This document shows, one piece after another, positions 12,373 through 21,825 of a DNA stretch of 64,000 nucleotides (positions are counted from its first letter, which is position 1; the number at the start of each line of letters is the position of its first letter). The stretch comes from an uncultured delta proteobacterium (GTDB lineage Bacteria; Myxococcota_A; UBA9160; UBA4427). The translations under genes were made by a program, and so were the position numbers. The notes beneath the pieces are model-generated. The model was not told the DNA's origin. It worked only from the letters and a program-made list of their open reading frames with translations, and did no database searches. The DNA is taken from NCBI GenBank assembly GCA_963822965.1, contig CAWGJT010000010.1, positions 352,001-416,000 of the forward strand, written 5' to 3'.

Positions 12373-13632
12373 ATGTCCAGTCGAAGTGATCTCGTCCCGG
12401 TCCACGGGGGGCTCGACGAGCCGGTGGACCGCGTCGTGCCCGTGTCGCGGCGCAACGCGTTCCAGCAGGAGGCCGCGGGCATGGCCCGGATCCAGGTCAC
12501 CGCTGCGGACCTGTCCACCGTGCATCGCCTGGCCGACGGCGCGCTCTCGCCCCTGGAGGGGCCGATGAAGCAGGAGGTCTACGACCGTGTCCTCGACGAA
12601 TCGGTCGTCCTGAGCCAGGGCGAGCGATACGCCTGGACGATTCCCCTCTCCCTGCCCGTCACGGACGCCGAGTCGAAGGCCCTCTCGACCGGCGACTCGG
12701 CGGCCGTCGTGAGCGAAGACGGCGAGCTCGTCGCCATCGTCGACGACGTCGAGATCTTCGACTGGGACAAGCCGCGCTACGTGAAGGCGGTGTACGGCAC
12801 GGATCGGATGGACCACCCGGGCGGCCGGATGGTCGAGAACGATGCCCGCACCCAGCTCCTGGGCGGTTCGATCCGGGTCCTGCCGCAGCGTGTGAACCCC
12901 GAGTACGGCCAGTACATGCTCTCGCCGCGCATGACCCGGGCCTTCATCCGCGAGCGGAAGTGGGAGCGCGCCCTGGCGTTCCAGACGCGCAACCCCCTGC
13001 ATCGCGCCCACGAGTACGCGCTCGTGGCGGGAGCCGAGGTGCTCACCGGCCAGGGCCACTTCACCGGCGTCGTGCTCAATCCCCTGGTGGGCGAGCTCAA
13101 GGGCGACGACGTGCCGGCGGCCATGCGCATGCGCTGCTATCGCAAGCTGCACGACGCGAAGCTGCTCGGCCAGGGCGACAAGGACGAGGCCCTCTGGCAG
13201 CGCGTGGGCTACGACCTGTCGGAGGTCTTCGAGCTCATCGGCCTCGACATCAAGATGTTCTACGGCGGCCCCAAGGAGGCGGTGATGCACGGCATCTATC
13301 GCCAGAACTACGGCTTCAGCGACATCGTGATCGGCCGCAAGCACGCCGACGCGCCCTACGAGGACGGCACCGCCATCTGGGGGGACTTCGACGCCCACGA
13401 GATCTTCGATCGCCTGCCCGGCGATCTGCGGATCCAGCCCTGCAAGATCGGATTCGCCGCGTTCTACGAGAACCTCGGCCGGGTGGACCTCACCGAGCGC
13501 CATCCCGGCGAGAAGCCCTTCTCGATCTCCGGCACGAAGGTGCGCGAGCAGCTGCAGGCGGGCGAGCGGCCGGATCTCCGGATCATGCGGCCGGAGATTG
13601 CGGACATCCTCATCGAAGCCTATCACGGCTAG
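12373..13632 (+). CDS. sat: Sulfate adenylyltransferase (Sat type)
   Basis: [50 protein letters not shown]. Confidence 0.93.
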   Translation: MSSRSDLVPVHGGLDEPVDRVVPVSRRNAFQQEAAGMARIQVTAADLSTVHRLADGALSPLEGPMKQEVYDRVLDESVVLSQGERYAWTIPLSLPVTDAESKALSTGDSAAVVSEDGELVAIVDDVEIFDWDKPRYVKAVYGTDRMDHPGGRMVENDARTQLLGGSIRVLPQRVNPEYGQYMLSPRMTRAFIRERKWERALAFQTRNPLHRAHEYALVAGAEVLTGQGHFTGVVLNPLVGELKGDDVPAAMRMRCYRKLHDAKLLGQGDKDEALWQRVGYDLSEVFELIGLDIKMFYGGPKEAVMHGIYRQNYGFSDIVIGRKHADAPYEDGTAIWGDFDAHEIFDRLPGDLRIQPCKIGFAAFYENLGRVDLTERHPGEKPFSISGTKVREQLQAGERPDLRIMRPEIADILIEAYHG

Positions 13633-13636
13633 TGCC

Positions 13637-14752
13637 ATGAGAATCGGCGTCCCGAAGGAGACCAAGGACCGGGAGTTCCGGGTGGGCGTCGTCCCCGACG
13701 GCGTCCGGATGCTGGCCCGTGAGGGCCACGAGGTCTGCGTCGAGGAGGACGCCGGTCTCGGCAGCGGCTTCTCGAACGACGCCTATCGCGAGGCGGGGGC
13801 GCGGATCGTCTCGGCCGAGGACGCCTGGTCGGATCCGGAGCTGATCGTCAAGGTGAAGGAGCCCAACGACCGGGAGGTGCGATTCCTCCGTCCCGGGCAG
13901 GTGCTCTTCACGTATCTGCATCTCGCGGCGGCGCCTGCGCTCACCGAGGCCCTGCGGGCCGCCGACATCATCGCCATCGCCTACGAGACGATGCAGAACG
14001 CCGACGGCTCGTTCCCCGTGCTGGCGCCCATGAGCGAGGTGGCGGGCCGGCTGGCCGCCCAGGTGGGGGCCACGCTGCTGCAGAAGGAGAACGGCGGAAA
14101 GGGCCTGCTGCTCGGCGGCGTTCCCGGCGTGGCGCGCGGCCGAGTGACGATCCTGGGCGCGGGGACCGTCGGCATCAACGCCCTGCGCACCGCCCACGCC
14201 CTGGGTGCAGAGGTCGACCTGCTCGACACGAACCTCCCGCGGCTCACCTACGTCTACGATCTGTTCCACGGCGAGCTCAACACCCTCTACTCGAACGCGG
14301 CGAACATCGAGCGCTCGGTGATCGAGAGCGACCTGGTGATCGGCGCCGTCTACGTGCACGGCCGGCGCCCTCCGACGCTCGTCTCCCGGGATCTCGTCTC
14401 CCGCATGGAGGCGGGCTCCGTGATCGTGGACGTGGCGGTCGACCAGGGTGGCTGCGTCGAGACGATCCACGCGACCACGCACTCGAACCCCACCTACGAG
14501 GTGGACGGTGTGATCCACTACGGCGTGGCGAACATGCCCGGCGCCGTTCCGCGCACGTCCACCTTCGCGCTCACGAACACCACCCTTCCGTACGTCCAGG
14601 AGATCGCCGGTCGCGGCGTCGCGCAGGCCGTGCAGTCGGACCCGGCTCTCGCCCAGGGAGCGAACGTGTGGCGAGGCGAGATCGTCTGCGAGGGCGTCGC
14701 CGAGTCCCTGGACATTCCCGGGAGGTCCCTGGCGAGCCAGCTCTCCCGCTGA
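13637..14752 (+). CDS. ald: Alanine dehydrogenase
   Basis: MRIGVPKE, KVKEP, FTYLHLAA, VDVAVDQGGCVET, VANMPGAVPRTST. Confidence 0.95.
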   Translation: MRIGVPKETKDREFRVGVVPDGVRMLAREGHEVCVEEDAGLGSGFSNDAYREAGARIVSAEDAWSDPELIVKVKEPNDREVRFLRPGQVLFTYLHLAAAPALTEALRAADIIAIAYETMQNADGSFPVLAPMSEVAGRLAAQVGATLLQKENGGKGLLLGGVPGVARGRVTILGAGTVGINALRTAHALGAEVDLLDTNLPRLTYVYDLFHGELNTLYSNAANIERSVIESDLVIGAVYVHGRRPPTLVSRDLVSRMEAGSVIVDVAVDQGGCVETIHATTHSNPTYEVDGVIHYGVANMPGAVPRTSTFALTNTTLPYVQEIAGRGVAQAVQSDPALAQGANVWRGEIVCEGVAESLDIPGRSLASQLSR

Positions 14753-14823
14753 CGCCGCGAGTGGTTCGGGATCCTCGCCCGTCGTCGGGGAGCGCGCGTG
14801 ACGCGCGATTGCAGGAGGCCGCG

Positions 14824-16089
14824 ATGACGGAGCCGCACGGGCTCGAGTGGGATACCCCGATGTACCGGCTGGCCGTCGGCCAGCTCGACGGCGCCGCCCG
14901 GCAGATCGGTCTCGACGAGAACATCTGGCAGCGCCTGCGCACGCCGCAACGCGCCCACGTGGTCTCGTTTCCGTTTCGGCGCGACGACTACGACCGGGTC
15001 GAGACGGTCTTCGGCTACCGCGTCCAGCACCTCCTCACCATGGGGCCGACCAAGGGCGGAATCCGCTACGACCTGGGTGTCGACCTCGGGGAGGTGACGG
15101 CGCTCTCCATGTGGATGTCGTGGAAGTGCTCGATCATGGGGCTGCCCTTCGGCGGCGCGAAGGGCGGACTTCGCATCAATCCCCGGGAGCTCTCGCGCAG
15201 CGAGCTGCAGCGGATCACGCGTCGCTTCACCTCCGAGATCATCGACGTGATCGGTCCCGACCGCGACATCCCGGCCCCCGACCTCGGGACCGACGAGCTG
15301 GTGATGGCCTGGATGATGGACACCTATTCCCAGCAGAAGGGCCATGCCGTGCCGGGGGTGGTGACGGGCAAGCCCGTCGAGATCGGCGGCAGCCTGGGGC
15401 GCCGGGAGGCGACCGGCCGCGGTGTCGTCACGTGCATGCTGGAGGCCTGCCACCAGCTCTCCCTGCACGAGCCCCGGGTGGTCGTCCAGGGCTTCGGCAA
15501 CGTGGGTCGCTCGGCCGCGTCCATCGCGCACGAGCTGGGCTGTCGGGTCGTCGGCGTCTCGGACGTGAAGGGCGGCGTGTACGCCGACCGCGGGCTCGAC
15601 ATTCCGGCGCTGGTCGCCCACGTCGACGAGCATGGCGACGTGGAGGGCTTCCCGGGCTCGGAGCCCGTGGGCAACGCCGAGCTCCTCGAGCTCTCGTGCG
15701 ACGTCCTGGTGCCCGCCGCCATCGAGAACCAGATCACGGAGTCGAACGCCGACCGGCTGCGCTGCCGCCTCCTGGTCGAAGCCGCCAACGGACCCACGAA
15801 TCTGGAGGCCGACGCCATCCTCTGGGAGCGCGGCGTGCTGGTCGTGCCCGACATCCTGGCCAACGCGGGCGGCGTGACGGTCTCCTACTTCGAGTGGATC
15901 CAGAGCTCGCAGCAGCTCTTCTGGAGCGAGGAAGAGGTGAACGTGAAGCTGATCGCCCTGATGCAGCAGGCCTATACCCGCGTCCGGGACAATGCCGCGG
16001 CGGCGGGCGTGGACATGCGCAGCGCCGCCCTGCACCTGGGCATCCGCCGGATCGCCGAGGCCAAGCGCACCCGGGGCGTGTTTCCCTAG
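14824..16089 (+). CDS. Glu/Leu/Phe/Val dehydrogenase (glutamate dehydrogenase-like)
   Basis: GPTKGGIR, GGAKGG, DIPAPD, VTGKP, QGFGNVG, ANAGGVTVSYFEW. Confidence 0.93.
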   Translation: MTEPHGLEWDTPMYRLAVGQLDGAARQIGLDENIWQRLRTPQRAHVVSFPFRRDDYDRVETVFGYRVQHLLTMGPTKGGIRYDLGVDLGEVTALSMWMSWKCSIMGLPFGGAKGGLRINPRELSRSELQRITRRFTSEIIDVIGPDRDIPAPDLGTDELVMAWMMDTYSQQKGHAVPGVVTGKPVEIGGSLGRREATGRGVVTCMLEACHQLSLHEPRVVVQGFGNVGRSAASIAHELGCRVVGVSDVKGGVYADRGLDIPALVAHVDEHGDVEGFPGSEPVGNAELLELSCDVLVPAAIENQITESNADRLRCRLLVEAANGPTNLEADAILWERGVLVVPDILANAGGVTVSYFEWIQSSQQLFWSEEEVNVKLIALMQQAYTRVRDNAAAAGVDMRSAALHLGIRRIAEAKRTRGVFP

Positions 16090-16198
16090 GTGTCAGTTCC
16101 AAGAGCGTCGTTCACCTGGGCTCCCCTGGCGCGCGAGCCGATCCATCCCGGGTCTCGGCCTGCCAGGCGCGGCCCCGGCGGCCCCCGGGAGTCGCCCC

Positions 16199-18484
16199 TC
16201 AGACCATGCGGATGCGGGGCTCGGAGGCCTGGGCGATCAGGGCTTCCCGGTCGCGGCCGTCGCTGGGATGGATCGCGTAGCCGAAGGCGAGGCCCACGCG
16301 AACGGGGTCGTTCAGCGTCTCTTCCTTGGAGATCTCGTCGGCCACGGCCCGCGCCAGCTCGAAGACGCGTTCGCCGGCGCCCGGTCCGGGCTCGGGCAGC
16401 AGCACGGTGAACTCGCCGGGGGCCGTGCGCCCGAGGACGTCGAAGTCGCGCAGGTGGGCCCGCAGCGCGTCGGCGGTGCGCAGGGTGACCCGGTGGGCAA
16501 GGGGCGGATTGGCGCGCGCGGCGATCTCGTCCAGGTTCTCGATGCGACACACGGCCACCGCCAGGGTTCCCTCGCGCCCGGAGGCCCGAGCGATCTCCTC
16601 GTGGATCCGCTTGGCCAGATAGGTCGCGTTCGGCAGTCCCGTCTCCTCGTCGAAGTTGCGGTGCAGGCGCGTGTGCGAATGGAGCAGGGCGCTGTCCAGG
16701 GCTCGCTCCACGTAGGTGAGGAACTTCACGAAGATCTGCAGATCGTCGTCGTCGAAGGCGCTCGCGTAGAAGCGGTCCGTCGCGACCTTGTCGTAGACCG
16801 AGAGCGTGCCCACCACGCGGCCCGCGCGCTTCAGCGGTGCGGAGAGCAGCGAACGGAACTCGCTGCGGAAATCGGAGAAGCTCGGATGGTCGGCGAGATC
16901 GGCCACGCGGATGGGCGTCCGCCGCCGGATGGTCTCGACGCAGGCCTGCTTGTCGAGCTTGAAGAGCCGCTCCTGCACGTGGCCGTCCGCCCCGCCGAAG
17001 TACGAGCGGATCACGAAGCGACGGGTCTCCTCGTCCTGCAGGCGGAGGATGGCGTGGTCGGCCTCGAGGATCATGGCCACCGAAGACGTGGCGAGACGCA
17101 CCACCTCGTTCAGCTCCTGACTCGAGATCATGCGGATGCCGGTCTCGTTGATGGCGTTCACGCGGTTCGCGCGGACCGCCATGCGCGCCTCGCGCTCGGC
17201 CTGGGCCACGCCGTCCGCCACCGCCGCGGCGAGCTCCTGCAGGGTCTCCTCGGCACCGCGGCCCCGGGGCGGGCGGGATCCGCTCTGGATGGACAGGACG
17301 CCCACCAGGCGCTCGCCCGAGAGCAGGGGCAGCGACACGTAGGCGATGCTGCCATCGTCGGCGCGCAGCAGGGACGGTCGGCGGCTGCGGGCCACCTGCC
17401 CGTCGATGCCCTGGCCCTCGACGACGCGGTACTCGCCGCCGAAGCCGCCGCCTTCGAGCGAGGTGGCGGCGAGACGCAGGTCCGCTTCGCCGTTGCTCGC
17501 GAGGTACACCGTGGCGATGCCGTCGCCGACCCGCTGGGCGGCGAAGAGACAGAGCGCGCGCAGCCGCTCGAGCAGCGGGTTCGGGCTGCCGAGGATCTCG
17601 TGGACCGCGCGGACGGTGTCGTAGCGGGCGGCCTGGTTGCGCAGGTTCTCGTGCTCCTCCGCGCGCGCGATGATCTGCGCGTCGAGACGGGCCACCCGCT
17701 CCATGAAGTGGAGGTCGTCCTGGGTGAAGGCGTCGCGACGACTGCTGTGCAGGTTGAGCACGCCCAGCACCCCGCCGTTCGCGACCAGGGGCACGCAGAG
17801 CGCCGACTCGACGTCCATGCGCTCGCGCACGATCTGGAACGCGCGCCGGTCGGCCTTTCCGTTGACCAGCAGGGAGCGCGCGTCGCGCGCCACGCGGCCC
17901 GCGATGCCCTCGCCGAGCGGCACCCGGATCTTCGGCCAGAGCTCGCGCTCGACGCCGATGGCGACCCGGATGTCGAGCTCGCGCCGGACCGGATCGAGGA
18001 GCATCAGCGAGCCTCCCTCCGCCCCGGTCACGCCGACGGCGATCTCGAGCATGCGGGTGAAGAGCTCGTTGGAATCGATCGTGAGCTCGACCGATTCCAC
18101 CACCTCGGACAGAGCGGTCAGCAGCTCGTTCTTGCGGTCCCGGGTCGCGGTCTCGTAGGCCCACAGCAGCCGGGCGGTGAGGGGGGTCAGGATCTGCACG
18201 CCGCGCTCCGCGGCCTGGGGGAAGCGGGCGGCGAAGGACGGTGACGCCCCGCCCTCGATCACCGCGTGCAGGTTGCCCGCGCCGACGAAGGCGTCGAGGT
18301 CGGTGGTGAGCAGCGACTCGAGCACCGGGAGGATCTCCGGCGCCGCCTGGCGGGCCCGGGCGCGTGCCGCGTCCGGGTTCTCGTCCCAGACGGCCGTGAT
18401 CTCGAGCTGGGGGTTCAGGACCAGCAGCCGCAGCAGCTGGAGGCTCTCCTCGGAGGTTCCGAAGATGCCGACCCGCCTGGGCAT
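16199..18484 (-). CDS. Rossmann-like N-domain, about three GAF domains and a degenerate GGDEF domain
   Basis: GEGIAGRVA...SALCVPL...VLGVLNL GAF motifs repeated; DEETGLPN...LRDFDVLGRTAPGEFTVLLP. Confidence 0.85.
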   Translation of the reverse strand: MPRRVGIFGTSEESLQLLRLLVLNPQLEITAVWDENPDAARARARQAAPEILPVLESLLTTDLDAFVGAGNLHAVIEGGASPSFAARFPQAAERGVQILTPLTARLLWAYETATRDRKNELLTALSEVVESVELTIDSNELFTRMLEIAVGVTGAEGGSLMLLDPVRRELDIRVAIGVERELWPKIRVPLGEGIAGRVARDARSLLVNGKADRRAFQIVRERMDVESALCVPLVANGGVLGVLNLHSSRRDAFTQDDLHFMERVARLDAQIIARAEEHENLRNQAARYDTVRAVHEILGSPNPLLERLRALCLFAAQRVGDGIATVYLASNGEADLRLAATSLEGGGFGGEYRVVEGQGIDGQVARSRRPSLLRADDGSIAYVSLPLLSGERLVGVLSIQSGSRPPRGRGAEETLQELAAAVADGVAQAEREARMAVRANRVNAINETGIRMISSQELNEVVRLATSSVAMILEADHAILRLQDEETRRFVIRSYFGGADGHVQERLFKLDKQACVETIRRRTPIRVADLADHPSFSDFRSEFRSLLSAPLKRAGRVVGTLSVYDKVATDRFYASAFDDDDLQIFVKFLTYVERALDSALLHSHTRLHRNFDEETGLPNATYLAKRIHEEIARASGREGTLAVAVCRIENLDEIAARANPPLAHRVTLRTADALRAHLRDFDVLGRTAPGEFTVLLPEPGPGAGERVFELARAVADEISKEETLNDPVRVGLAFGYAIHPSDGRDREALIAQASEPRIRMV

Positions 18485-19542
18485 CACTCTGCTCCGTCGT
18501 CGAGGAGGGGCTCGAGGGCGAGGGTGAGGCGCAGGGTGACCGTCTCGCCCTCGGGATTCCCGAGCACCAGCGGCACCTGGATCGAGCGGGGCGAGGCGAC
18601 GGTCGCGCTTCCGACGGAGACGATCTCGAAATCCGCACCGATGCGGGCGCCCGCGGAGCTCTTGAGCTCCCGGGGCATGCCGTCCCAGGGGCGGTCGAGG
18701 GCCTGCTGCGCCTCGAGCGTCGCCTCGGCGACATCCGCCAGGTCGCCTTCCCCGTCGGCGAGGATCGCGCGCTCCATCAGGTCGACGTCGGGCGACAGGG
18801 GCGCGGACCCGCGAGGGGCGGCCGGCGGCGGTGCCGCGGTCGGCTTCCGGGCGGCGGGGCGCGCGGGCGCGGCCGCCGCCGGGGGCTTCTGCGCGGCGGG
18901 AGCGGGGCGCGGACGGACCGGACGCGCTTCCGGGGCGGGCTCGGGCGCCGGGCCGAGGTCGGACTCGCGCAGCACGCGGATCACCCGCTTGGAGATCGTC
19001 GTGAGCGTCTGGAGCACACCCTGGCCGCCGCTGGCCACCGCTTCGAAGACGGCGGCACCCGGCAGCGCCAGCTTGCGGTGCAGCTCCTCGATCGCGTAGG
19101 GATCCGTCTGGTCGCGCTTGTTGTACTGCACGACGACGGGCAGCTCCTCCAGGGAGCGCCCGTAGGCGGCCAGGGACTCCCGCAGCTCGCGCAGGGAGGC
19201 CACGTTTGCCTCCGCCTGGGCGGGACGGGAGTCGACCACGAACACCAGGCCGTCGATGTGATCGAGGAGCTGCTTGCGCGTGGGAGCGTGCTCCGGGGCG
19301 CCCGGCACCGCGACCACCTGCAGTCGCGTGCGCAGGCCGTTGACCTGCCCCAGCTCGATGGGCAGCAGCTCGTAGGTCGTCGTCGGGTCGAGCCGGGTCG
19401 GGACGCTCTGCAGCTCGCCCCGATGGTCGGCGCGCAGCTTCTGGTGGATTACGCGGAGGTTCGTCGAGACGCCGGCGCCTTCGATCCCCCAGAAGACGAT
19501 GCGTGCGTTGACCTGCGTTCCGTCCGGTGTCAGATGAGCCAA
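18484..19542 (-). CDS. MglA-like small GTPase-fold protein with degenerate catalytic motifs and a Pro-rich C-terminal extension
   Basis: VNARIVFWG..G.STNL, LLPIELGQVNGLRTRLQVVAVPG, RKQLLDHIDGLVFVVDS, VQYNKRD, FEAVA. Confidence 0.82.
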   Translation of the reverse strand: MAHLTPDGTQVNARIVFWGIEGAGVSTNLRVIHQKLRADHRGELQSVPTRLDPTTTYELLPIELGQVNGLRTRLQVVAVPGAPEHAPTRKQLLDHIDGLVFVVDSRPAQAEANVASLRELRESLAAYGRSLEELPVVVQYNKRDQTDPYAIEELHRKLALPGAAVFEAVASGGQGVLQTLTTISKRVIRVLRESDLGPAPEPAPEARPVRPRPAPAAQKPPAAAAPARPAARKPTAAPPPAAPRGSAPLSPDVDLMERAILADGEGDLADVAEATLEAQQALDRPWDGMPRELKSSAGARIGADFEIVSVGSATVASPRSIQVPLVLGNPEGETVTLRLTLALEPLLDDGAE

Positions 19543-19560
19543 GCTGCTTCTCCGGGTCGC

Positions 19561-20625
19561 CTAGATCTTGCCCTTCTTGGACAGGAGCCGTCGGGCGTGG
19601 GACGAAATGGCCGAGGGCACGTCCTTGCTCTTCATGATGCTCCGCAGCTCACGCTCCTGCAAATAGTTGAGGAACTTGATGGCTTCGGCCTGCGGGCACT
19701 TGGGATTCGTCGCCAGCGCCGACTTCACCTGGTAGCTCTTCGTCCATTCGCGGTTGCGCGCGATCATTCGGAGGATCTCGTCCGAGACGTTGCGCGACTT
19801 CGCGATGGACGCGATCTCGGTGTCGGTGATCTTCGGGCTCTGGACCACCGAGGAGGAGACGATCTTGTTGCGGTCCCGGATGAGCAGGGTGCGGGCTTCC
19901 TTGCCGCCCACCCGGGCCAGCTTGATCTTCTGCATCACGCTCATCTTCTGGATGGCGGCGAAGAGGTTGTTCTGGATGTCTTCGTCCTCGAGCTCCTCCT
20001 CGCTCGCCAGGTAGCGCGCCACGTCCCCCATGCCCTCTCCGAGCAGGGCGAGGATGGCCGCCTCCGCGGCGTCGCTACTGACGTCGGCCGCATCGTTCAG
20101 GTCGTCGCCCTCGTCCTCCTCGTCGACCCCGAGGAAGGTGAGGATGCGTTCGATCACGGCCCGGCCCGTGAGGGGATTCGCGCCGAGGGCCTCGACGATC
20201 TCGTCCGATCGGATCAGGCGCTCCTGGTTGTTGCTGATGATGTCGATCACCCGGCGCAGGGGCAGGGTCGCGAGAAAGGCGATGGTCGGGTCGTCGGTGG
20301 CGGAGTTCAGGGCGATGCGCTCGCAGTGCGCCTCGCTCTCGCGGTGCACCCGGGCGAGGTGCGAGAGCACGGCCGGGTGGCTGGGCCCCGTGAGCACCGA
20401 GAAGGCCACCTGCTCGGGAAGCTCGGCGAGGCTGTCTGCGGCCCGGCTCTTGACCTCCGTGTCGGGGTCGTGCAGCAGCGCGAACAGCACCGTGGCGAGC
20501 TCGACCGGCTCCAGGGGCAGGGCGCCGCGGGCCGCCATGCGACGCGCCTCCACCGGGGCGTCGCGGCGCACGTACTTCTCCGCCTGGGGTGACAGGCTGA
20601 GGCGGATCTTTCCGGGAGCGGCCAA
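19561..20625 (-). CDS. Conserved helical-repeat hypothetical protein
   Basis: Good coding composition; MSVMQKIKLA.VGGKEAR.LLIRD.NK...ALATNPKCP resembles a deltaproteobacterial family (recall). TTG start inferred. Confidence 0.75.
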   Translation of the reverse strand: MAAPGKIRLSLSPQAEKYVRRDAPVEARRMAARGALPLEPVELATVLFALLHDPDTEVKSRAADSLAELPEQVAFSVLTGPSHPAVLSHLARVHRESEAHCERIALNSATDDPTIAFLATLPLRRVIDIISNNQERLIRSDEIVEALGANPLTGRAVIERILTFLGVDEEDEGDDLNDAADVSSDAAEAAILALLGEGMGDVARYLASEEELEDEDIQNNLFAAIQKMSVMQKIKLARVGGKEARTLLIRDRNKIVSSSVVQSPKITDTEIASIAKSRNVSDEILRMIARNREWTKSYQVKSALATNPKCPQAEAIKFLNYLQERELRSIMKSKDVPSAISSHARRLLSKKGKI

Positions 20626-20790
20626 TGTTGTGAATTCCCCTCGCAATTGGGCGCAGGCGGCGGCCTCGCGGCAGTCGTCACCCTCTTGAGTCGGCCGCCT
20701 CCGCGGGGAACTTGATCGGCTCCCGTCCGGGCTAGGATGTGCGCCCATCGCATCTCTTGCGCCGGGAGCACGGCGCTGGAAGGAGGGGAA

Positions 20791-21168
20791 ATGGGGCTTC
20801 GATCATGCCACCGGATCGGTCGGTCCGCGGCCGTCCTGGGAGCCGGGGCGGCCCTCGGCCTCCTGCTCCTGGCGGCCACGCCGGGCTGCGTGAGCGAGGC
20901 CGCCCGCAGCAGCGGATCCGAGGCGACCGCCTCGCAGCCCGCGTCCGAGGAGCCGGCGCCGGAGGAGCACGGCAAGCTGGAGCCCCGCTATCAGCCCCGG
21001 GAGCCCCAGCCCAAGCCCTGGTACAACAGCTCCTATCTCTTCGGCATGACCCGGGGCGTGACGGGCTCGACCATGCACCCCGCCGCCAAGGCGCCGCTGC
21101 TCGTGCTGACGATCCCCCTCGACATCGTGCTGCTGCCGTTCGCCGCCATTGGAGGACTCTTCGGATGA
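20791..21168 (+). CDS. Small putative lipoprotein (YceK/YidQ-like C-terminus)
   Basis: AGGAGG RBS, signal peptide ending TPGC, C-terminal IPLDIVLLPF; ATGA overlap with the next gene. Confidence 0.7.
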   Translation: MGLRSCHRIGRSAAVLGAGAALGLLLLAATPGCVSEAARSSGSEATASQPASEEPAPEEHGKLEPRYQPREPQPKPWYNSSYLFGMTRGVTGSTMHPAAKAPLLVLTIPLDIVLLPFAAIGGLFG

Positions 21169-21812
21169 CCCGCCCCTCGATCGACGGCCGCCGGACGGCC
21201 CTTCCGTTGTCGGGCGTCCTGCCCTTGTTGGCCGTCCTCGCCGTTCCGCTCCTGCTCGCGTGCGCGCCCCAGGCCATGCGCGGAGGCGAAGGGACCGAGA
21301 ACCCGGATCTCGATCGGCCGGCGCTGAGCGTCAAGCTCGATCGGGAGGACATCAACTATCTCGTGGCCGACTACCTGGAGCGGCTCCAGGCGTCGCGCTT
21401 CTGGACCACCACCGTGCAGAAGGCTGCGACCCCGCCGCTCGTGGCGATCTGGCCCATCGTCAACGAGACGTCCCAGCACATCGACGACCAGATGGCGACC
21501 CTGCTCTCGTCGATCGAGACCTCCCTGGTGAACACCGGCGACGTGCGGGTCGTCGATCGGGCGCGCCAGGAGGCCCTCATCCGGGAGATCGGGATGCAGC
21601 AGGGCGCCGCCTACGATCCCGCCTCGGCGCAGCGCATGGGGCGCCAGCTCGGGGTCCAGTACTTCTTCACCGGGAAGATCAGCTCCGTGGACGAGAAGCT
21701 CAACAACATCCGGCGTGTCCAGTACAGCCTCTTCCTCCAGGTGATCCAGATCGAGACCGGCATCATCGAGTTCCAGAACGAGGTGACTCGCTCCAAGGCC
21801 ATCAAGAAGTAG
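21165..21812 (+). CDS. lpoB: Penicillin-binding protein activator LpoB-like lipoprotein
   Basis: Lipobox LLAC; VNETSQHID, GRQLGVQYFFTGKI, IETGII. Confidence 0.78.
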   Translation: MTRPSIDGRRTALPLSGVLPLLAVLAVPLLLACAPQAMRGGEGTENPDLDRPALSVKLDREDINYLVADYLERLQASRFWTTTVQKAATPPLVAIWPIVNETSQHIDDQMATLLSSIETSLVNTGDVRVVDRARQEALIREIGMQQGAAYDPASAQRMGRQLGVQYFFTGKISSVDEKLNNIRRVQYSLFLQVIQIETGIIEFQNEVTRSKAIKK

Positions 21813-21825
21813 CCGGCGCGCCGGG

